DNA of 62,077 nucleotides, the filler included, from Choristocarpus tenellus KU-1152 (Eukaryota; Protista; Phaeophyceae), in the NCBI GenBank assembly GCA_964200185.2. It is 11 parts of 11 records of this genome, joined end to end, with 100 filler letters (N's around TTAATTAATTAA, not from the genome) between each part and the next. Parts side by side here need not be neighbours in the genome. Positions count along the whole stretch, not along the records: positions 50,912 to 55,045 come from CAXNAD020016048.1; positions 55,146 to 62,077 come from CAXNAD020007029.1; 9 more parts are not named here. One strand, given 5' to 3'. The notes below the pieces were generated by a model. The model had not been told where the DNA came from. It did not search any database and saw only the letters and a list, made by a program, of their open reading frames with translations. The first letter of the stretch is position 1. Each line of letters begins with the position of its first letter. Positions 53,247-62,077 of the stretch are shown piece by piece. A program made the position numbers and the translations under genes.

Positions 53247-56240
53247 CTTCACACAACACAGGGTCCATTAATTTGTTCGTTTATATTTTTTTGTGGAGGT
53301 AGTGGAGAAAGAGTGTTGGTTAGTGCATGAGAGAGGGTGGGATTGGGAGTAGGATCATGGAGGAGGCAAAGAGCGTGGGGCATGCGGCAAGGGGCAAGTG
53401 ATTTCACCTCGATATGGAGAGTTCATGGGATTTAGGTCGGCAGAAATGCCATGAATCAATCGGAACTCTATTTTCAGTATATGTATGTATATACATATAT
53501 ATTTATTATGTCATGGAGGGAGGACTACTGAAGTTGGAGCATTACCTTGAGATATCTTCGAAGATTCGGTTGGGGGAGAGTAGAAACGCCAAACTACTAT
53601 GCAGCGGTCTCTCAAGATTTTTTTTTTTTTTTTAACGTATACGAAAGAAAAGAAATGTTCCGAATTTCCATGCCACCGATATCCTTGCCACGAAATAGCA
53701 TTCGTTGAGAGATCCAAAGGCATTTGAGAGGGTAGGAGGGCCGCGTCCTCTAGGGGTCGTAAATCTTTTTTTTTTTATGTTGCGATTTTGATGTACGATT
53801 CGGCTATTTTGAAGCGTGTTTGTTGTTAAGCGCCGATACCCTTGCTGCGGATGCACCTTTTGTAGTCGTGCACATTGTAGTCGTTTTGCCTACTCCGAAA
53901 TGTTTCTGAGCAGTAGGTAGGGAACTGGGTTCACTCAGAAAACCGAAAAAAGGTCGTAAGAGGCCGTGGGAAGCCAAGCCCAAACAGACAAACAGGGCAA
54001 AGCACCTACCCTCTGAAATGCCTTTGGATCAGAGCGCTAGAAAACCTTGGTGCTGACAGCTTTCAACTGCTGGTGGTGAAATGTGCCCTGCAGGAGAGAG
54101 CAACCTCTGGCTAGTACCTGGAAGTGATTGCTCTACACCTGCTCGAGCTGTATAGATTGCAAAAATAGTGCCAAACATATTGACCTCTTAACTGAGGCCT
54201 ATACTATCTACCCTAGAGGAGGGGAGCCAACGTATCTTAGAGAGTAGAGCCGCGTCCATTTGGGGGTCAAAAACCAATGTTGCAATTTTGATGTAATTTT
54301 GGCTATCGTGTTTGTCAGGAAGTGTCAGTATCCATGTTCCGGACACACCTTTTCATAACGAATACATTTTACCTACTCAAAACATTTTGGAGTAGGAAAA
54401 TGTCATTAAAAAAAATATATGGAAAGCCAAACCCCAAATGGACAAACAGGGCAAAGCCCATACATACCCTCTAAGATACTTTCACTCCGGGGACAGGCAG
54501 TAATCTCCATGCCATTTGAGTAGACACATCACATGTGTGCACCGGACAACCTTCCTTTTCCATCTGGACGCACCTTCCTTTTCCATCCCCCTCCCCATGA
54601 CCAAATACGAAGGAAAAGCACCCACAAAACGGGCATCAAACTGGGAGGCTTTTACCGCACCCCATCAAGTCCCGAGTGGATAACCTGGTCTAAAACCCTC
54701 CCCGCCTCTATGATACTATGGGCCTTTCAAGACTTCCAGGCGTTAGGCCCTTGCCATACGCTGCTTTGTGATCGAATAAATGCAGGAGTGTCAAAATTGA
54801 AACAGTACGAAATGCATAGAAGAGTAAACGTATACACCAGTGGGGTGGCTGGCCTCTACGTCACATTCACCCAATGGGATGTGTCTACAACACCGTATCA
54901 TGTATATACTTCAAATATTGAAGCAATGGGAGTAGTGACCCAAAGTATCTGGGAGGGGGGGGGGGGGGGGGGGGGGGGGAGACGCGAAGGGCGGGGGGGG
55001 GGGGGGGGGGGGGGGGGGTGGGGGGGCGGGGGCATCTGCAAAAAANNNNNNNNNNNNNNNNNNNNNNNNNNNNNNNNNNNNNNNNNNNNTTAATTAATTA
55101 ANNNNNNNNNNNNNNNNNNNNNNNNNNNNNNNNNNNNNNNNNNNNGGGGCGGCCGGGGGCCCCCCGGGGGGCTGGGGGGGGGGGGCGGAGGGGGGCGGGG
55201 GGGCCCCCCCCCCCCCCACCCCCCCAGATACTTTGACCCAACTGCTCCTCATGTTGTTAGTGTGTCACTCGTTCATCAGAACACAACAATTGTTCACTGG
55301 TACCTTTTCATTGCTTGTGTGAGCCATCACAGTCAAAATTGCACTCCAGAGTAAACAATACACTCAATCTAACATCCAGTTTTTGTGGGATGCCATAATT
55401 TTACGAGTCTATGGTTAATAGAGATTGATGTAGACACGTTGAAATCCTCTTAAATGCATCCATGAAAAGTATGATAGCCAATTGGTTGAAATAGCACTGA
55501 ATACTTGAATACAGTAGTTGCAAGCAATAGAAGAGAAAAACGCTGCACTACAATGTGTAGAGTTCCAAAACAGCCTATACCATGTGAAGCGAAGTTACAA
55601 AAAATGCGTTTCTGTCTCCAAAATTAAGCAACTGCCACACAGCAATGCTAGCAAGGAATTGCCAACAATCGCTATAAGGACGCTTAGGAAGAGCAGGTAC
55701 GATGCCATTTGCGTGGGGATAGGAGATTCCACAACCTGCATCGTCTACACATGAAAGGAGCTGATTCAAGACTTGATTTTTATGTTGGGGAATTTCTTAT
55801 GTGGGAATTGCTATTGCAGTGATTCAAAGATGGCGTTCAATGTGTGAAGCCTGTACTGATGACTGTTTAGTAATCCCTCTATGAGATGCATAGGGTTAAG
55901 GTTAGTACCAGCAGAAAAAGTGCATCAGTAGACAAAAAATGTCATGGGGGACAAACCTATTGGGTCGGTGAGATGATGGAGAAACTTGTAGTTACCTAAA
56001 GTCTCGTGATCCCTTGGTGATCCACATAGTGTGTGTGGCAATATTTCATTGCAATTGTTTCATAGAGCCAGTCCCAGAATTGCTTGTCATTGACAATATG
56101 GTCAAAGCTGGTTGGTTGTTCCAACACGTGCTAAACTCAATCAATCTTCAGGGTGAAATAAATATACGACTTGCACCATGGAGAGTTTCAATATGTGCCA
56201 TAGGGTTATGAGATAGAAAAATATGGAGGGGGGGATGTAC

Positions 56241-58429
56241 CTCCTTTGCCGCCAGCATCAGCGGGGTCTGCCCAAGGGTATCCCTGCTGTTCAAGTTGAT
56301 GCCAGCAGTACACAGAAGTTGGGCAGTATTGAGATGGCCATAATCACTTGCCAGTGCCAAGGGTCCTAAGCCCTGGTCATTGCAAGCCTTGTTCCCATGC
56401 AGATATTTATCATAGGAAGAGAAGACTATTTGTCAAGAGGTATCTGAACCAGAAGCAAGGCTTCAACAAACTTAGTTGCTGCTATTTTGATATTTGAAAT
56501 ATTGACTGTAACGGTAAGGAACATTCAAGTGGAGATGGAAGGGAGGCTGCGTTGGTGAGGAAAAGGGAGTATCAGCAACAGCAACAGCAACAGCAGCACT
56601 TGAGGAGAGGGTACAAACAGAGTACAAGAACAGTAGGTGATGCACATCCGACCTGACTGGAGACATCAATCTTAGCTGTGATGAGCAATTTTCCCTTGAA
56701 CACAACAGTGCTCTGATACAATTCCTTTCAGTTTTCTCAACAATGTGATGTCTACTTCATATGTGTGACTTTTCCCAACAATTAATGGGACGATACAAAC
56801 TACCCCATTCTTTCCCTTGTCTGATCTCATGCCACTGTTTTAATCAACTTATCAGACTAGAAATATATGGTGGAGTTGCCCCTGATCAGAGGGGGCTGAG
56901 ATTGGACCGTGATATAGTATTCCAGGGATAACATTGAACAAGAAGGGAGGAAAAACAATGAAGTTGATGGAGTTAAAGGGTAAAAATTACACCATCTGCT
57001 GTGAAACTATATTCAGTCATATAAGACATCAGAAATCACAATGACACAGCCATTGGAACTTTCCTGAGAATCCATGGAAGTATTGACTGTACCTCAATGT
57101 CGGCTCCCTTCTTCATCAGCAGTCCAACACTGTCGGTTTTGCCTTCCTGGGAAGCTACCAGCAAAGGAGTGAGGTTAAGATCGGTCCTCGTTTCCAACTT
57201 TGCTCCACTGCACAGTAGATGGACACAAATTACTCAACAATTTTTCGATCAACTGATCAACTTTATTCAAGAAAAAATGGAAGATGCAGCAGCTGGATAG
57301 TATCTACAGATATTCGAGGATCATTCCTCTAGCAAAACAATGTTACTGTGTGCCACCTTACCTGTCCAACAGGAACTCCAGGACATCAATATGCCCTCCC
57401 TGAGCGGCGACACATGTTGCAGTGTAGCATTGCTTGTTTTTTGTTTCGAGATTAGCACCTGCCCTCACAAGGCACTGTACGAGCCTCAGATGCCCATGAA
57501 ATGCTGCTAAGAGGAGGGGGCTAAACCTTTGGTCAGTCCTTACCTCCAGATTGGCTCCGCCAGCAACTAGAACCTCAGCCGTCTGAATTGGAGGAATGAG
57601 ATTGTGCCGTTTCGGCGCTGGGGGAATTCGTGTCAATGGGAGCTTGGATTAAGTTTTGGTCCTACATGCCCATACTTCATCTACCTAAAACTTGTTGAGC
57701 CTTCGCTTGGTGAAGTTCCACAAGTGCTAATCAAAACACAAAGTGAGGTCTCTCAACCGCCACTCATCCTCGCAATTGGTCACTTATGCGTACCATCCCT
57801 CCCGCTTGCCTTTAGGTGACCGCATATTTCGTCCTCATTTTGGGCAGGATCGGTTACCATGCCCTTGACTCGAGCCGGACAGGGCATATTAGTGCTCCCA
57901 CAATTACAGCATAGTAAGAGGGGTGTGTGCTTGCCCTCGACTTCCTTTTCCATGCTTGCCCCACCAGCTAAAAGCACGTTTACAACCTCGTGCTGTCCGG
58001 CATAGGATGCCATGTGAAGGAGAGTCCACAGGGTACTCCAGTTGCGTTTATTGGGATCACCTCCCCCTTCTAAGTATCTCTGGCCATTGCGGATACCAGC
58101 AATAATATCAATTGTGGTGATGTTTTGAGTAACGATTGGTGGTGCTATGGGTGATGGATGACATGAGGTATCATAAACCAGTTCATTAACAATGCATCAT
58201 GTCCTGCGACATTGAGCATTCCAAGTTGGACATTGGATTTGCACATGACTCCTGTGCATATGCTCTGGGAAAGCTTGTAGCAGAGAAAGGAGTAAGGTGT
58301 CGATAAATTATGCATGAGGCTTCTTCATACCTTGACCGCCGAAACATCGCCAGCTGTGACACGATCCCATACTTGGTCCTTATCCACCCTACACTCTTCT
58401 CTTTTTTTCTGGGGAGAATTGAAGCTCAT
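56241..58429 (-). CDS. Ankyrin-repeat protein, 5' part; exons 58429-58331, 58079-57810, 57582-57362, 57207-57093, 56387-56241
   Basis: Phase-consistent exons encode successive ANK repeats (TLLHMASYAGQHEVVNVLLAGGA, SPLLLAAFHGHLRLVQCLVRAGANLE, TPLLVASQEGKTDSVGLLMKKGADIE, TPLMLAAKE); start ATG tentative and 3' end not found. Confidence 0.85.
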
Positions 58430-59989
58430 GGGTGTAATTTCCGAAGTCTGTCGGAGCGAAGGACTGTTGCCTGGGGTATGCAAATATATGACATGCAATT
58501 CCTGGCGACGATGAAATGAGGTTTCCACGAAAAGTCGAAATCATATTATCAGTCCTTGTCATTTACGACGTAAGGTACTTCCACATGACAGTTTCGAACT
58601 ATTTATTTTGGATGAAATCGAAAATTGGTATCGGGTTCGCCTCAACTTATAGAATATCGATACCCTAGAGTACTCATATAACATGTTGTTTCTATCATAC
58701 CTACTCACTACTAGCATACTAACTACAACATAGTTCGTAGTTGCACTTTAAGGAAAGGAAGCAGAAACGGTTTGCCCACACGAGGTGGAACCCAATTAGC
58801 GTCATCGTGACTTAGTGGGTGATGGTTGTTGTTACAACTATGGATTTCTTGGCACCCAATACTGACTCTTACACATTAGATTATGGTCTCGATTGCCCAG
58901 AATCCAGGTAGCAAGAACTACAGATTGTGTGTGTGTGTATCATGTTCGTAGATAGTGTTGCTGATAAACCATGGTGGGGTAGATTAGGAAAGGTAGATCC
59001 ACTACCCCTCGATCAGTTTTTGTAAGGACTTGGTACTGGATCATCCGTTCATGTATCACATGATAGTATTTTCTGGTTATCTATGTGGACATTGCAAACC
59101 CCACAAGGTAGTCCACACCTGCCTCCCCCCAACTGCGTCAGTCAACAGATTTGAGAGCACAACTCCCATGTATCACTATAGCTATATGTTCACACCAAGT
59201 CGTACTGTCCTCTGAAAAAGGGACATGATAGATCATCTTAACCGTGGGTCCAGAGGGGGATACTTCAACATATCGTAATAAGCTTGCTTCGACAATTCTG
59301 CCCTCGTTTGACATCTCCCCTTTCTTCTGCACTCTACCAAAATTAATATTTTCTTCTCCTCTGACGTTGGTTCTTTTCTGTCCCATACCCATATACCCAG
59401 TGCATTACTAAAATATCTCAGGCCCACGCAACTTGGATGAATAGGAGTAGTGGATAATCTTAAACTTCCAGCATGATGGTCAGAGAACAGCATTAGGTCA
59501 TTCTTGGCATATCCACTTATCATCCATCCAACCTCCAATACAACAGCAAAATGTAATTGGGCGACCCTGTCTGTCTGTGAGGAGGTAGGTGTAGAGTATA
59601 ATGAATAGGGAAAGTGCATTTACAGTATCCATCCGACGTATGCAACCAAATTACCCAACAATCGCGACATGAAAAAATTGACCCCAAATGGACAGCCGCC
59701 ACCCCCTCCCAGATACTTTGAGCCAAGGGCAAATGATCCCAACAAAAAAAGAGTTTGTTTCGTTATCAACGGCTGTTTTTAGTTTTTAGAAAGTAGTTGC
59801 GGTGGCTGGAGACGCTTCGATGCACTTTTTTTCGGTTATATTTTATTTTTCCAACTTGTTAATCGTGCCAACATACGTGTGCAGTCAGTAACAGGGCAGA
59901 TCATTCCTGGAGGTGACCACCCAAGGATCGAAGGCCTGATTGTAAGATGATCACTGCCTATTCTATTTGGTACACACTCCTAGCCAGGG

Positions 59990-60700
59990 ATCTGTTGAAG
60001 GTAGGGCAACTTGCTGTAAATGCGCCTGTGAGTTAGGTGCAACCAGACTGAATGAAGTATTGAACTTGCCTGACAGTCTCATTGTCTTAAAGTGGTGGGT
60101 GTGTGACCAATGATCAAGTGTATGTTGTAATGACATGCAGAGTCTTTGATGTGGTCTGTGCCTCGTGCATGCTGTTTGATGAGCAAATGATTGAGTTTTG
60201 GTGGATTTGTTATTATATAATATCCTCAGCACCCTGAGGTGTGTCCAGTGAGTCATGCCCACATGTACTGAGAATACAGTGGCATCAGCAATACTGACAT
60301 TGGGCAATTTCTCTCCCTAGTTAGTATGGGGCTGTTGCAGTCAACCCCACAGGGCGGGTGCCACCATTTCTACACAAATTCAAAAGACCAATTCCAGGCA
60401 GACCTTGGAGAAATGCCCAGGTAGAATGTAAGTGGGCCAAGTCAGGAAGGGTCCAAAATAACATAATAAATTGACAGTAGCGACAGCAGGAAAACACAGT
60501 AGAAGATCATTTTGTTCACAGACAACAGACAACAGAAAGTTTGCAGTAGTGCATGGGCAAGGTCACCAAGGATAAGACTACAATGTAGCTGCAGAGATGT
60601 GGGTTTCATGCGCCAAGTCCGTGTACCTAAGTTAGAAGTCCAAGTACCAAGTTGGGATGATGTGGTGACCTCAATGTTCCTTAGCACACACTGAAGATCA
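59990..60700 (-). mobile_element. Possible highly decayed Ty1/Copia RT-RNaseH relic
   Basis: LGPLTFYLGI (cf. DLG.L.YYLGI) near 60410-60440 and weak downstream RNaseH-like residues; many disruptions. Confidence 0.4.
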
Positions 60701-62077
60701 AAACTCGAAGAGGGTGTCTCAAGATGGCATCAGCTCAGATCTTAGGTTTCGAGTTTCGAAATAATTACACGTTTGAATTGTGTTATATCCACTGTTTCAT
60801 AGCATAGAGATGGGCTAAATTTTCATCAACGTGTTCCTAACATTGCTACTATTCAGATGACAATTGAATCATAAATCCAACCAATCATCTCACGATACAA
60901 AGCCAAAGCAAGTGAGAAGTACCCAGATTTTGGCCGTTTCATTTTTCAATTATGTTTTTCACTCTTTTTGCAATTCACCCATATTTCTATGGATGAACCT
61001 TCTAAGTTTGACTTGAGGATGTATATTTTTTCTCTATTTTTTGAAATTTTTCCAATACAAGTAAGAAAATATCCTAAAAGTTTTTGTAAAGTAAGCCAAG
61101 TTTTGCACACATTTGTCAGTATCCTTAAATGGCAATTCTGTGTACCTCTTGTCTACTTTGACCCACAGTTCTATAACAACACAAGAAAAAGTATTTCATC
61201 AGTCCCATAGAACTCGCCATCAGCATTTGATTCACAACCACAACACCGATCCCACACCTAACATTCCTACATCCCTCAACCCGTACCCATCATGCTGTAC
61301 GTTGATCTCTCCGTTCATGTTGGCATCTGATTTGTGACCCCTTGGAGATGACAAACTCACTTCTATCTGGGCTGCTCTTTCATATCAATTTTGTTGTTTT
61401 CCATTTATTAACATTATTATTATTATTATGCCCTCTGACATTTTGCAGATGTGTCAGGGTATAAACCAATGAAAACTATACACGTCAGAAAAATCCATTA
61501 AAAAGTAACAGTTGTCGTAACATGTGAAAGACATGAATCTATTTACTATTTTACTACTACCTACGCTGGACCACTGCCTTTCTGTGCCTCCAACCTAGCA
61601 TAGTCCTGCACTCCAGGGTGAGGATCTAGGTAAGTATCCCAAGAATTCTAACAAGCCCCTCCTTGCCCGTCTTCCTGGTGTCTCCAGCTTAAACTGAATG
61701 ACAGATTGAAAGTATCTTAGAGGGTACGAGTTTTCCCCTGTTTGTTCATTTGAGGCTTGGTTTCCCACGGGTTTTTAATGATCGTTTATCTAATCCAAAA
61801 TGGGTTGGAGTCGGTAAAATGTATACGTTGTGAACACATGTGTCCATAACAAGGGTATTGACCCTTCCTGAAAAACTTGATGGCCAAAATTACATCAAAA
61901 TATCAACATTGAACTTTGATCCCCAAATGGACGCGACTCTACCCTCTAAGATACTCTGACTCATATCGAGGTAGGGCTACTTGCGTTGTGACTGAGACTA
62001 TCTGGCGTAGACAGGACCTGACCGCCCTTTACTGCTGTAGCCTCCCCCCCCCACCCCCCCCCCCGACGATATAGCCA

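Overview
This is not one locus. It is 11 unrelated eukaryotic contig fragments (about 4-9 kb each) joined by artificial 100-bp linkers (44N-TTAATTAATTAA-44N). The DNA is repeat-rich, has spliceosomal introns and TTAGGG-like tracts, and carries RTE-type LINE, Copia and DD39D-type mariner relics, which points to a stramenopile, probably a brown alga or relative (inference). Partial intron-containing genes with phase-consistent exon chains: a SPATA20/YyaL-like protein, an uncharacterised 6-exon gene, the 4-EF-hand C-terminus of a CDPK-like protein, a WD40-like gene 3' end, an RNI-type LRR protein and an ankyrin-repeat protein with a probable GC-AG intron. The dominant unexplained structure is a suite of at least six non-autonomous TIR element (MITE) families. 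They have largely different interiors but share a G(A/G)(G/C)TCAAAGTA-type terminus and 3-4 bp TSDs, three families are about 260 bp long, and they insert into each other. An AT-rich bacterial IS4-superfamily (IS701-like) transposase fragment is fused directly to one MITE. No CRISPR array, rRNA, intact tRNA or intact autonomous transposon was seen.
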